Positions 36,575 through 50,397 of a DNA stretch of 64,000 bases are shown piece after piece. The notes under the pieces were generated by a model. That model saw nothing but the letters and a program-made list of their open reading frames with translations, was not told the origin of the DNA and did no database searches. The translations under genes were made by a program, and so were the position numbers. Every line of letters begins with the position of its first letter. Within the stretch, counting starts at the first letter, position 1. The DNA is from Octopus bimaculoides (lineage: Eukaryota): assembly GCF_001194135.2 (NCBI RefSeq), contig NC_068983.1, forward strand, positions 92,162,129 to 92,226,128. Reading direction: 5' to 3'.

Positions 36575-39560
36575 ATTCTAGTATATGGCAGTTTGCACAT
36601 ATACATCATACAATTTACCTTTCACTCTGAGCAAGAGGCCCTTTGTCACCAGTAGGGGTAGAAGCTTTCTGAACTTCGCCCAGGCTATTCTTATTCTAGT
36701 GGTAACACTCTCTGACTATCCACCCCCACTACAAACTTGGTCACCTAGTTACCAGAAGCTATCAACTACTTCTAGTTACTCCCCCTGGCATGTGATGGAA
36801 TCTGTTTTCTGAGCATCTGTGGTGTTTATTGCTCCTGTGCATCTGCTGCACACGAAAGCTATCTTCCCATTTAATCTTCCTTTGACATTGCTGCATTTCT
36901 TATGTGTCCATAGCTTACACTGGGTACATCTTATGAAGTTTCTACCTATGCCTTTTCTACAGATTGAGCTGGGCCATCTACATGAAAGGGTGTGTGATGT
37001 GTTCACCTTCCTACATACTAGAACTTTGGGCTTTGCAACATTGACTCTAAGGCTCTTCGATTCTAAACCTTGCTTCCACACTTGAAATTTCTTCTCTAGT
37101 TCTGGTAGTGATTCTGCTATGAGGGCCAGGTCATCAGCATAGAGAAGCTCCCAGGGGCAACCTGTCTTGAATTCCTCTGTTATTTCCTGGACCCCTACTT
37201 CTACCTGGAATTCTTCACTATAAACATTGCCAATCCTAACCCTACTAATGGCATCTCTGTATAAGGCCTATACAGCTCTTATTAACCATTCATTAATCCC
37301 CAGTTTCCGCATTGCCCACCAGATAAGGGATTGGGGGACTCTGTCAAAGGCTTTCTCCAAATCCACAAATGCCAAATATAGGGGTTTATCTTTGGCTAGG
37401 TACTTCTCCTGCAGTTTCCATACCAGGAATCATTAAAAGCAAGTGCACCATCATTCATGCGGACACATTTCTCTCCTGTGACATCACAATTTTCTCTCAC
37501 ACACTGTCTTGCAATCCAAAATACTTCAGTTCTTTGGTCCTCATGTTGCTGGCTATGTATACCTGTCTATGTATACCTGTCGCCCTGGCTATGTATACCT
37601 GTCGCCCTGGCTATGTATACCTGTCGCCCAGCCTCCCTTTTAGCTATCTGGTACAGTTCCCTGCTACCCCCACCCTTCCAGGCCTGTTTCTTTGCTCTGA
37701 TGGCTTTGTCTACCGTATTATTCCACCACCATATTACTCTAACCTGAAAGGGACTTTGCACCACCCGCAGACTTGGTCTGTGGCACTCAGTAAGCTGTCC
37801 CGTAGGAATTTGCAGCTACCTTCTATGTCTGAGGACTGTCACTCCTCCTCCCTCTCATCAAATTTCTTGACGAGGATGTCCCTAAATCTCTGACCATGTG
37901 AAGGGTTCTTTAGCTTCCAAATCCTTCTCTTCTGGATTGGTCTGCTTCCTGGCATCCTTCTGGTCTCTAGTCAAAAGTCACTAATGACTAGTCTATGTGG
38001 GGTGCATCCCTCACCTGAGAGGATCTTTGCATTTTAGAGCAACCCTGCGTCCCACTGTCTGGTGAGGATGAAATCAATCTGGCTAGTTGAGTCACCTGAT
38101 TGATAGGTTATCAAGTGGCCGTCTGGCTTCCTGAACATTGTGTTGCAGATTAAAAGGTTACATGCATCACATAACTGCAGTAGCCTAGATCCCTCATTGT
38201 TCTGGGAACCAATACCATGGCCCCCATATATACCAGTGAAGATATGGGATTTCTGCCGAACTTGCCCATTAAAATCTCCAGCCAAAAAGATGGTCATTGC
38301 CATTCATCTTTGAGGTAGTCTGTAGAAGGGTATCTTAAAAATAGTCCTTCTGATCATTTGGTAGTCCCACTTGTGGGGTGTAGGCAGAGATAATTGTAGC
38401 TGTACTGTTCTGTAGAACTAACCTGAGCTTGAGCACTCTATCACATATCCTGACAACCTCTATGACCTCATCCACCCATTTCTCCACAAGGAGTATGCCT
38501 ACACCCCATACTCCATCGATGTTACCTTGCCAGAAGATTTTATACCTATGTGCCTTGCCTGTGAGGACCCTAACTGAAGCTCCTCTCCATCTTACCTTTT
38601 GTATGCAGCATACATCGACCCGTCTCCTTTCAAGCATCTCTACAATCTCACTAGACCTACCTTTCAGTGTGCCTATATTGACAGTGCCAAGTCTGAAAAC
38701 TGGGAAAGGATGTGGGGTGAGGCTTGGGGAGGAGAGATGTTATTCAGCGCCTGAAGAGGGAGGTTGTCGTGTTCATTTTTTAGGCATGCTTCACCTGTTC
38801 TCACTTCCGACCTGACATCATTCAAACATTCAAGCGTGTTGAGATTGTTATCCCTACTGGCGGTAGGAGCAGGTGTTAGCAGCATTGTAAGTATAAGCAT
38901 TATGGTCATCGTAATAATGTAAATTTAAGTGGTGTTGCAAATATGGATATTCCAATGTTAGATTAGGTAGAGAGTCAGCTAAGCTGTTTGTGTTTGTCCA
39001 GGAGAGGGGATTGCAGGTATGATGGTGGGTACCACCAGCAGGGGCGGGGTTCAGACAGAGAGAGAGGAAACTAGCTCATCCCTACAAACACATAAGCTTG
39101 CACGTGCACCTACACACAGGAACAAGCATACATGGATAGCCCATTAGCTTTCTCCTTCACTTGATATGTCCAAGGAAAATTCCTGGGTAGTTGTTGGCAT
39201 GTTTCTAGATGGAACAAAACAAAAGATAGCCAGTTAGGTAGGTGGGCAGCTAACCTAGTTGCATTTGTCCCAGTAGAGAGAGAGAGAGGGTGCAGGTAAT
39301 ATAGAAAATAGCACCAGTAAGGAGAGGGGAATTGAGAGGAGAGACATCTGGTAATGGGGGTGACAAATTTCTAGACAGAACGAAACAAAAGAGTTGGTTA
39401 AGTAGGTGGGCAGCTGAGCTAGTTGCATTTGTTCCAGGAGAAAGAGAAAGAGTGCAGGTAATATATAGAGAACAGACCAGTAAGGAGGAGGGGCTGAAAG
39501 AAGAGACATCGAGTAATGGTGGTAGGAGGAGAGAGAGATATCCAGTGTAGATGGTGGGAA
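36575..39560 (-). mobile_element. RTE-clade LINE with APE, RT, PHD-like insert and tandem 5' repeats; 3' truncated, internally deleted
   Basis: APE IGTVNIGRLKGRSSEIVEMLERRRVDVCCIQKVRW, IISAYTPQVG, LAGDFNG, SQIDFIL. RT LAFVDLEKAFDRVP, CPWELLYADDLAL. PHD-like segment at 36776-37081. Confidence 0.85.
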
Positions 39561-39949
39561 GATAGAGATATCCAGTATTGGTGGTGGGGGTGGGAGAGGG
39601 CAAGCACACTGCAAACAACAAAATTTAGTTTGGGGAGATGGTATGAGGAACGAAAATAATGGTGATAATAATATACATTCAGAGTGTTCATGGCAAATGA
39701 GAGACTAATCCAAAGAAACAAGAAATTAAACAAACCAAGAAACAAGTAATTATCTTAACAAAATTATATGAGATAAAGTTATATTTTGAGGGGTCAGTTT
39801 AAATGGTTAGCTCATGAAAACTAGCTGTTAGTAGCAATACATTTAAAGTGTTAATGGCAAATGAATGTATGAAAGATAAAAAAATAAAAAAACGAGAGAA
39901 TCTTAACTTAGCAATGCATCATCATTTGGCAAAGGAATGGAATGAAAAC

Positions 39950-41540
39950 ACATGAGACAAGAATTTTTGAATTCTTTTTTTTTTTGTATTTGTCAGCTTC
40001 CGTAACAACTGAAAACAGTTTTTTGTTTTGTTTGTGTTTTGTGGCTGTATGTATTAGTTTTCCTTGCTTCTGAAGTAGGTATTTCTGCAGTCCTATGGTG
40101 GTTATTTTGTAATAATTTTCTACCACCTTCCATACCTTGTATATATAATCTTTGTATGTCCGATTTTGGGTGATGCATCCTAAATTCTGTCACTATTTTT
40201 CTTGTTTTCCTGTCTATTTTGATTAGCTCATTTAGAGTCCAGTTAAAAATATTGTAGCTGTAACTTATAACTAGGATGGCTCAAATGTTGATACCTATTG
40301 TTTTGTTTTTTGCATTGAGCTCTGTTTTCAATATCAGTCTAAGTCGTCTATAATATTCTTGCCTTATCTTATCTTTCATTTTGTGTGTTGTATCATATCT
40401 AGTTTATTGATTCCTAAGTATTTGTATGTCTGGCTTTGGTCTAATTCTCTTATTTCATTTGCTTTATCTAGTGTGATGTTACAACTCTTAACTAATTTTC
40501 CTCTTTTCAAGGTTGCTTTGGCACATTTTTCTAAGCCAAATCTCATGTTTATTTCTTTGGTAAATCCATGTACTATCTGTAGTAATGTTTCCAGCTGTTT
40601 ATCATTTGTAACGTTCAGTTTTAGATCATCCATATATAAGAGGTGGCTGATTGTTTTGCCGTAACAGTTCTATTTAGCATGTCAGATAAAGGTGTCAGTG
40701 CCAAGCAGAAAAGGAGTGGAGAGAGTGTGTCTCTCTGGAATATTCCACTTCTAATGGAGATGGCTTTGGTTTTTATGAGTCCCTCTTTTATCTGGAGCTG
40801 TAGCACTGTCTGCTATTTATTCATGGAATGTTTTATATATTTCATGATTATTGGTGCTACTTTGTTCATGGCTAGTGTTTCTAGGGTCCATGTGTGGAGA
40901 ATAGTATCAAAAGCCTTTCAGTAATCGATCCAGGCCATACTTAGACCCTTCTTCTTTCTGCGGCTGTCTTCAGTTATGGCTTTATTGATCAGTAGCTGAT
41001 CTTTACAGCCAATATGAGTCCTTGCAGCATCCCTCCTGCTCTTCTGGAAACAGGTTGTTTTCTTCCAGATGTTTGCTCATTCTCTGCAATATTATAGCAG
41101 TAAAGGCTTTGTAAATTGTAGGGAGACAAGATATCGATCTGTAATTTTGTGGGTTTGCTGTTTCAGTGGATTTGAGAATTAGGATACTTTTCCCTTCTGT
41201 GAGCCACTCAGGCATTGTCTCTGGCTCTGCTAGTATTTCATTAAATTTCTCAGCCAGCTTTTTACGTGAGAAGCTGGAGATCTTGTCACACCCAGGTGCC
41301 TTCCCGTTGTTTAGTTTTTGCAGTGCCTGGTTGACCTCTTCAGTTGTTATAGGGTCCAGAATTGTTCAGGTGCTGTGTTTGTTGTTTTGATAGAACTTTT
41401 CTGAGGTTGTTCCTTTGCCGACCATATTTCTCTCCAAAATTCTTCCACTTTTGTTGTTGGTGCTGCATTTTTGCCAAGTTCTGGTAAAATCTTTTGGGAT
41501 TGAAGTTGAACTGTTTGTTTTGTTCAAAGAAACATTGGCG
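39950..41540 (-). mobile_element. R4/Dong-clade LINE RT region
   Basis: PEWLTEGKSILILK..NPQNYRSISCLPTIYK, AWIDY*KAFD, GIFQRDTLSPLLFC, YMDDLKL, FGLEKCA. Confidence 0.82.
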
Positions 41541-41549
41541 TTTCTCATG

Positions 41550-44190
41550 ATTATCATTATTATTATTATTTCTCATACACACATCAGATTAAACTGTTGG
41601 AAAAAATTCCTACCATCATGCTACAGCAAGTAAGCTTTGATGCTAAGAGCCTTTCTAAGTATCCTAGCAGTCTCTGATAATACTGTTTTCTAGATCTGCA
41701 CTAAACTAGGTTTTATGCCGACTTCTTCTACCCATTTGTTCAAATGTTTAAGAATAGCCCCTGATGCACCTACAGGGATTCATTTTACCCACACTTTCCA
41801 TAGCCTCGATAACTCATTGGCTTGGTTCAGATAATTTGTTACTTTCTCTATACCTCTAATATTGACTTTTTCATCACTAAAGTCAATTACCTGGCACTTT
41901 CTATTCTCTTTGTCTACTACTACTACTAAATGAAGCCTTTTAGTGTCAGTCTGAATGTTAACATTGCACAATATCTTATATTTCTTACTTTCTAGTACTT
42001 TATTATGTTCATGTTCATACCGCTTATCAGTGTAGTCAAATCCTAGCTTTACACAGTGGATTATTCTCCCTAGATTGTCATGTGTTTTCTTGTATTCTTT
42101 TTGTGCTAACGTGCAACATTCACTTGCTATATAATTAACATTTTCCTCTTTTGATTTACATAACCTACAATGTGAATTTACCTGGTTTTTGTCTATTTGG
42201 CTGTTATCCTGTTAGTTCTCAATGCTTGATTTGTGCTGCTACTAACAAACTTTCTGTTTATTTTCTGCTTTCATTTCTGCAACCATAACCATGTCTCACT
42301 ATTACTATTTCCTGTAATTATCTTTGGGAATCTACCATGCAAAATTTTCTCTTGCCAGTCAGATAATTTTGGTTCTTTTTTTTAGTTTTTAACTTCATTT
42401 GGTATTTTGGTTTCCCTATTTCTTACTGTTGCTCTGGCTGATCTTAATAAAATTTCCTCATTATTACCTATGTAGGAAGCTATATCTACTCTAACTAACT
42501 CCATCCAGCCTTCTACTGATAATACTCCTCTACCACCTTCCTTTCTAGGTAAGTATAATCTTGCTCCTCCTGCTCTTGAGTGAAATCCTCCATTCATATT
42601 GAATTCCTTCCTAGTTCTATCCAGATTTGCTAATTCAGATTTTGTCTAATATACAAGAGCTGTTGAATATATAAGTAACGATACTGCCCAAGTATAAAAA
42701 ACATTCACTAGATTTGGACAATTTAGCTTTGACTTCATTAGCTTCCTCACCCTTTTGATGTACTCCTCAATTTTTGTTTTCATTTTTATAGTTAGTACTT
42801 TTGTCATATTCTAATGTCCATCATCAATCATCATCATTGTTAACGTCCATTTTCCATGCTTGTATGGGTTGGATGGTTCAACTGGGGTCTGGGAAGCTAG
42901 GAGACTGCTCCAGACTCCAATCTGATCTGGCAGTGTTTCTACAGCTGGATGCCCTTCCTAACGCCAACCATTCCATGAGTGTAGGGGGTGCTTTTTACGT
43001 GCCACCGGCACAGGGGCTGGAGAAGGCTGGCAACAGCCACGATTGGTTGGTGCTTTTTACGTGCCACCAGCACGGAAGCCAGTCAAGGTGGTGCTGGCAT
43101 CGGCCATGTCTGGATGGTGCTCTTTACTTGCCACCGGCACGGGTATCACAACTACAATTTCCATTTTATTTTCATTTTGATGTTGATGTATTTGACTCAG
43201 TAGATTTCCTCAAGCACAGCAGGTCGCCCTACGATCCAAGGTACTTTTGATTTGGCTGGGGCTGGTTATGCAAAACTGGGGTAGGATACAGCCGTGAACT
43301 CACTTTATTTGCCAGGTCTTCGCAGTCCCAGCATATCTCCAGAGGTCTGGGTCTTTTGTCATTGCCTCTGTGAGGCCCAACGTTCGAAGGTCATGCTTCA
43401 CTACCTCATCCCATGTCTTCCTGGATCTATCTCTACCCCAGATTCCTTCAACTGTTGGAGAGTGGCACTTCTTCACACAGCTCTCCTCATCCATTTGTAG
43501 TACATGACCATACCAGCGCAAACGTCTCTCTTGCACTCCACTCTCCATTTTTCAGTGATTCTAATGTCTGGTTATCTGGTAATTGGATGCCTTCATTGCT
43601 GACTACCTGTGCTTTTTTAATGACAAATGTTGTGCACTTATCTATACCCAATTCCATACCTATATCTTTGCTGAGGAGTCTTACAGTTTGTATTAAGGAT
43701 TTTATCTCTTTTTTTATTCTTACTAAAATACTTTAGATCATCCATGTAGAGCAAATGGTTAATTTTTTCCTTTACTATTTCTAAACTGATACCCTGCTTT
43801 TGCCTTTCTTAAAACTAAACTGAGTGGAATTAAGCATAACACAAATATTAAGGGGTATAATGAATTTTGGGTATAGTTTAGCAGTGTAGAATGCATATAA
43901 TACTTCAGTGTAGTCATCATCTGTCCATCGCTCTTTTTTTATTTTGTTTTTCATTTGGGCAGCGATATTAAGAGATGGGTTTGTATGTTCAGTGTTAACT
44001 TTTTGACAGAACACCATCTTTGGTCATGTGTTAAGGCTTCTTTCATATTTTGATTGCCTGAGACATGCAGATCAGAATTCATCTCTATTCTCATAGTTTT
44101 ATTATCAGGCATATCTGCTTTCTTCTCTCTGTTTATTTCATATCCTTGCATTTGGATATATGAGTTAATGAAGCGAAGTAAAACAATTTA
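41550..44190 (-). mobile_element. Second R4/Dong-like LINE: N-terminus, thumb and RLE, with (TAA)n tail; internally deleted and split by a SINE/RTE insertion
   Basis: RWTDDDYTEVLYAFY (43781-44017), RLYLPRKEGGRGV (42382-42597), VVVDKENRKCQVIDF..IEKVTNY..ELSRLWKV (41780-41971), ataataata tail near 41555. Confidence 0.62.
42825..43550 (-). mobile_element. SINE plus RTE 3' tail
   Basis: Reverse complement of the 19900 SINE family; ORF 43300-43548 RRLRWYGHVLQM..GRSRKTWDEVVKHDL. Confidence 0.68.
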
Positions 44191-44752
44191 TTTACATAAT
44201 GTACTTCAACTACTGCTACACAAGGCTCCAAATGCTCTCTGTCGTCTCAATAATAATGTTTCTCTTTACAAGAGCTTGATGAGTTCATCTTTTTATCACA
44301 CAGGTGTGTTAATATCTATCACCACAACTTCTCCCCTTTTGAGATTGACTTCCGCTGGAAGTGAATAATCTTTTTCTTTCTTTTTTCACATCACATCTCC
44401 CTTCTTGAGATTTACTTCACTCAAAGCTTGATTTTTTTTTTCCGTTTTGGAACTACCACCAACAATTTTATATGTTTTCTTTTTTTTTTTTTGTACTAGT
44501 ACTCTTTGGTCTGACAATTTTTTGCAGAGTCATTATATCAAAAATATCATAGGGAACTTTCATGGGTACTTCTTTCCTTGTCACCCTTTCTTCAGTAAAC
44601 CTTTTCAGCTGATTTATGTGTCTTTTATGTTCCTATTTCAAATCTTTCACCATGTTTGTCATTTTACCAATCCATTTTATTATTTTGCTATCTTTCCAAC
44701 CTTATTTTCCATTTCTGTACACTCTGAAAAACACCTTATCACCAGTTTTTAA

Positions 44753-47319
44753 CCCTTTTTGTTACTATATTTCTGACCAAAATACACCCCTCATGAGTTT
44801 CAATTAAATTCTAAAATAATCATGAATTTAGACTAGTTTCATTAAACAGCTGTAACTTTTTTACTTATCAGCATATTAATGTGATATTTGGAACATAATT
44901 AAAGAAAGGGTTCTTAATCAATTCTATTGCATAATTTTTGTCGCAAAGTGACTCTATTTGCAGGTAAATCCAGGTAAACTGAGCAAAATGTAAAAATATT
45001 AAAATTTTGTTTAGACATTACCGTAGAAAATGAGTCCTCAGCTAATATTTAATTGAGATATGCAACAAAATTTTGATATAGAAGAATTGTGCACATCACT
45101 AGATTATCTGTTGAATTTAATGCACAGAAGAACAGGTGTACCATAAAAGTAAAACAAACTGAAATACTGGGATTTGTTTTTGATGAAAACTAGAAAATTA
45201 AATACAACTGAATGAAATATACTCACACACATACATGAATACACAAGAACATAAAGATTTACAATAGAAATTAAAGCAAAACTTGTCACTAACCTTACAG
45301 GCAAATTAAAATTAGAGGTAAATTAAAGTAAAAAGTTAAACTAAATATTTATACAATATTTATACAATCTAATTATACATTTATACAAACAATATTCACA
45401 CAATATTTCTATCATGGAAAGTCGTAAAACATCCCACTCTACATACTGCAACCTTGCAGAATGCATATTGAGAAGACGTTTCAACTGGCTGTCCACTGGG
45501 AGTTTTTCTTCATTGAGGTAGACATTCACAGCTCTGCCTTTTGTGACCCCCGATTTTTTTCTAATTTGTATAGATCAGCTAAACCCAGAGGAATATCCTC
45601 TGGCAGGCTTTGCTTTTCCTTCCTGCAGTTATTTTTTTAGAGGAATAACCTGCCCTCAACTGCGTTGCTACATCTGCTCGGAACTGCAGATGGTTGCACT
45701 GCTTGTGAACCCCTCCTGATTTGGTATATAATATAAATGCATTTACAATGCTCATGTTTACTGTATACCAAACCATGTATCGCCACCATTTATTACCCGG
45801 TCTACCAACTGGATAACTCATCATCTGGTTCAGCTGATCCACACCGCCCATGTACCTGTTATAATCAAGGTTTACAAACGGGGTTCCATTTTTATCTACA
45901 CATGGCTGTGCACTGGTAGATAGAAAATTTATCTGCCTCTTATCTTCGTTTGCGGTCGCTAGCAGATTTCCTTTCTGCCGTTGGATTATTTCACCTCTTT
46001 TTTTTAAATTTCTATTTTTATATATCCAATAGCAGCCCTTTTCTCTAGCAATTACTGTAGCACACACATTGCCACAGCTCCGAAATCCACTGCAAGTTTA
46101 ACCGAACTAAAAAATCATTCAAAAAATAATATACGGCCCTGGTTATGGTATGGAAGTGATAAATTCCAGACCACATCATACCCTAGGGCATGCTGACTAA
46201 CATTATTGTCTGTTTTCCCTGTATAGAAGCTAAATCTACAGCAGTACCCAGTATTTGCTTCACATATTTTCCTAACTTTGATCCCCCAGTTTGTGGGCTT
46301 TCCTGGCATATACTGTCAGAAGCATACCCTTCCTTTTTACCCCACCATGCCCTCATTGATGGATAAGTATCTCCCAGGGTTGTAAAATGTTTTATATGCA
46401 TTTTGAATGCAGTCGATGAGGTTTCTTATTTTAAATAAGGGATCAAAGTTTGGTTCTCCATGTACTGCTAGTGTCTCTCACATGTAAATATTGGTTTAGT
46501 TTAACAAATCGTATTTGGGTCGTAATACTGGAAACATGCTGATTACCAAAAGGTTCCTGATTGCTCCAGTAATTTATAATTCTGGGTAACTGTCTTATAC
46601 CCATAATATTTATGGTAAAAAATGCCCATATTTCATCTATGGTTGTAGGAAACCATAAGCTATCTTTTTTTCCAGCTTGTTTACATTCTGTGTAACAGTT
46701 TGTTTCCGCAGTGATTGCTTCAAACAAGCATGCTGGAAAAAATAAAAAGAAAAAAATCTAATGGTTTTGCTTCTTGAGAAAGACTGTGGGTAGACCTTGT
46801 CTCCTCAGAAAAATTGTTAATAAAAACATTTTAAAACTTTTTACTCCATTCTGGTGTAAAATCATCCTCGCTGTCTATGTCACTTCTTTCACTTTCTTCT
46901 ATGTCACTGCTTTCGGTTTCAGATACAGAAATATCCGATTCATTTTCGTCTACCACATGCTTTTGCACCTCATTTATTCTTTTCCTTGATATCTCCATAT
47001 CTTCTATTGAAAAGCCTTCAAATTCGGAATCACTTCTTGATAGCATGAAACTCCTCTCCATTTACAAAGTTGAAAAAAATTAATGCCGAGAAAATGTAGA
47101 AAAATATCTTCCAAAATTCACTGTGTTCAAATATCACACCAAACAATGTCGGATACAATAACTCAACTGTTTGCAAAGTGAAATCACATGTTTTAACAAA
47201 TGTACCAATGAGATTTGGGTTCAAATTTACATTTAAATGACAATGAGTACTGTCAGCTGGCTACAGCCGGTTGGTCTTATGAATCAAAAAATTTTTCAGC
47301 TGGGTTAGTAATGAAAGGG
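44753..47319 (-). mobile_element. piggyBac, near full length, transposase pseudogene; same family as 16287
   Basis: TTAA at 44749-44752 and 47320-47323; CCCTTT..TTACTA TIRs. Acidic N-terminus, SIDEGM, MPGKPT.WGIK, YNRYMGGVD, Cys-rich C-terminus. Confidence 0.92.
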
Positions 47320-47809
47320 TTAAATACTTCACCATATTTTTAGTGTTTTCCCAGTTTTTATTTTTCTTTCAGCTAATAACTTGTCAAAAGTGACCTAATT
47401 TTTCTTGCAAACATCAGTTCAGCAGGTGACGTGCCTGAAAGGGATTTTGGGTTTGGTATTACACAGTAAACTCTCAGGAACTGTGTCAATGCTACATCAT
47501 CCATTAACTCATTCCTCGATTTCCTTCATGCCCTTTTAAACGTGTTCACAAAGCATTCAACTTGTCCATCTGATCTTGGGTGACATGGAGGAGTAGTGAT
47601 ATGTTCAGTTGAGATCATCTTGCAAAAATTCTTAAATTCATTCACCATAAATTGTGTACAGCTGTTGGAGACTATGCTGTCCAGGACACCATACCTTGCA
47701 AAAGGTTTGTGGAGAAAATCAATTGTTACCATGGAGGTTGGTTGTCTACATTTACACATTTCTGGCTGTTTTGTAAAGCTACCACTATTAGATAATATGA
47801 TCTGTTTAA

Positions 47810-50397
47810 CCCTTTAGTGTTCAGATTAATTGGCAAATGTAATGCTTATCTTTTCACATTAATTTTGATTTATTCAGGTTCAAGTGGGATGTCCACAATA
47901 TTTGCTTGTAACTTTGTTAATTTTCTACATACAGATTTGAAACTTTGTAAATGGATGCTTATATACCAGTGGTTTATAATTACGTAATTTTAGCTGGTCT
48001 TTCTGACAAAATTTGACTTTCATGGGCAGGTAAATTTAATTAGCAGGTGTAAAAATAATAGCATTATGAATAAACACTAAAATTCATATTCTTAATACAT
48101 CTTACCTGTTTGGTTTACTGCTAAAATTATCCCAGATGTCAACCGCCAACAATTTTACATTTTTCAAGATGAGGTACATTAATTTGAATGAATTAAAATA
48201 CAGGTGTAATCGGTAGAAGATTTTACTCTTTTTCTATATTTCATTCAAACGTTATCATTGAAAATAAAGTACAAAATTCTTTTACTAGTCAATATACCAT
48301 TGGCTATGCACTCTTATACAATTTAACAAATTCATTTACGTAACAGAATGCATCTAATAAAAACATCTCATTAACAGGTGAGACAAAGGTGAATAGAGGT
48401 GTGTAACATACTGAAAATTAATATGTAGTTCTCACTTTCACATATTATATAATAAAATCAAAAGGAATATACAAAATTATACACTTATGCCATATTTCTG
48501 TCGTGAAACTGTCCAAAGCACCCTTTACACAAGGACACTTTGCAAAATGAACACATATATGAGGTCTCGACCTGATATCTTTTTGCAGTGAACAGTCTGT
48601 AAACTTTTTTCCTTCCATTTATCTCTTTGACTTGATGAAAGTCAATATTTTCTCTGTTGACATCCACCTCAGTTAATTTTGCTTTTCTCCCAGTTCTGTG
48701 CTTTCTAGAAGAAAAGCCCTCACGTAACTGAGATGCGATGTCAACCCAAAATTTCAAGTGGTTGTAGTCTTTTGGTGGTGGAGATACTTTGTGGCTTTTT
48801 ACATATACAATATATGAATTTACTATAGTTAAATTAACTAAAAACCACAAAATGTACCTCCACTATTTCTTCCCAGGTTGATCAACTGGGTAATATGCCC
48901 GATATTGGTCAGATTTATCAACCCCACCCATATATTTGTTATAACAAATATTCACAAGGGGTTTCCCCTCAGCACCAACACCAGGTTGTTCATTAGAAGA
49001 CGGAAATAAAATCTGTCTTTTGTCTTTAACAGTAGTAACCAATAAATTTTCTTTTTGCATTTGTAAAATGTCCCCTCTTCTTTTTAATTTTGTTTTCATT
49101 TCATAGGGCAAACCTTTACGGTTTCCCATAACAGTACTGCACATGTAAGTACTTACACAGGCAAGATTTTCCGCCAAAGCCACTGAAGAAAAAATGGTCG
49201 AAATAGAGGTGTCGGTGCTGATGGTGAAACGGTTGTGTAAGAGACCATACAAAATCATGCCCCAATCCATGTGGTCTTTTCCCATTATATTTTTTACCTG
49301 TGTAAACATCGAAGTTTACACAATATTCCGTTTCCGATTCACAAACTTCCCATACCTTGATTCCCCCATTTAGTAGGTTTGGCAGGCATGTACTGCCGAA
49401 AATGTACTCTGCTCTTATAGCCTATCATGGCTTCATCTACACTGAGATTTTTCCCAGGTAGATACACAGTTTTATAATTATTAACAAGTAAATCGATGAC
49501 AGGATGTACTATGTACAGGAGATCGTAGTTTGGGTCGTTTTTGTTGGGGGCATTAGCAGAATCAGTTAAATGCAAATATTGAGATATTTTCGAATACCTC
49601 GTCTTTGACATTATACTCAAAATATATAGATTGCCATACCTTACATCCTGATGTAAGGTATAGTTCCACAGTCGAGGAAGCTGTTTAACACCAAACATAA
49701 TATTAATTGTAAAAAACGCTCTCATTTCTGCAGTATTAGTTGGTTGCCATAGTGGATCGTTTCATCCACGAACAGAAATTAAATGTTGCGCATATCTGTT
49801 TGTTTCCTTCGCAACATTTTCAAAAAAACTTTCTGGTAAAAATAAATACAAGTAGTCTAATGGTTGAGCATCAGGAGGTAAATTGTGTTGTGGACCAGTG
49901 TTTTCTGGAAAATCAGAAATAGTGTTTGGTGTTGTAATTTTTGACCATGTTGCCATGTTTACGATATCATTTTCATTACTTTCATTTTCATCACTTTCGT
50001 CATCAAAATCTTCCTCGTCTGATGAATAATCACTGATATCGATATCAGATTCATCTGAAGACAAAATACTTTCGTTTTTATTTATATTTTCTATATCATC
50101 AATTGTAAATCCTTCAAAGTCGGAATCGCTACTTGCTGATGCCATTTCTTTCACAACCAAGGTAAACCCTTCTCTTCAAACGTTGAAAAAACCATGTGGT
50201 CTAGACAATTTCACAGTTTTTATACTTGAATAAAGGCGGGAAAGGCTTCGTCTCGCATTATCTCAAAGCTACGAGAATTCAATAATGTGATTTGTTTATT
50301 TTTTTAGCGATTTCATAGAGCTTTTGGATACAGTCGACTGGAACAAATAAAAGGGAATTAATTTTGACCGGTTACGGGCGGTTTGAACACTAAAGAG
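47810..50397 (-). mobile_element. piggyBac, second family, near full length, transposase pseudogene
   Basis: TTAA (47806-47809) and CTAA (50398-50401). TIR CCCTTTAGTGTTCA / TGAACACTAAAGAG. ORFs 49762-50160, 49339-49725 (SVDEAMI..YMPAKPTKWG), 48863-49309 (YNKYMGGVDKSDQ), 48485-48850 (CSFCKVSLCKGCF). Confidence 0.9.

Noticed and set aside
37551-37630. About 3.5 copies of a 22-bp unit (ggctatgtatacctgtcgccct), superficially array-like
   Set aside because: No spacers; local slippage inside an RTE copy, not CRISPR.
44753-50397. Domesticated PGBD gene
   Set aside because: Both copies keep TIRs and TSDs and have multiple frameshifts or stops; no intact ORF.
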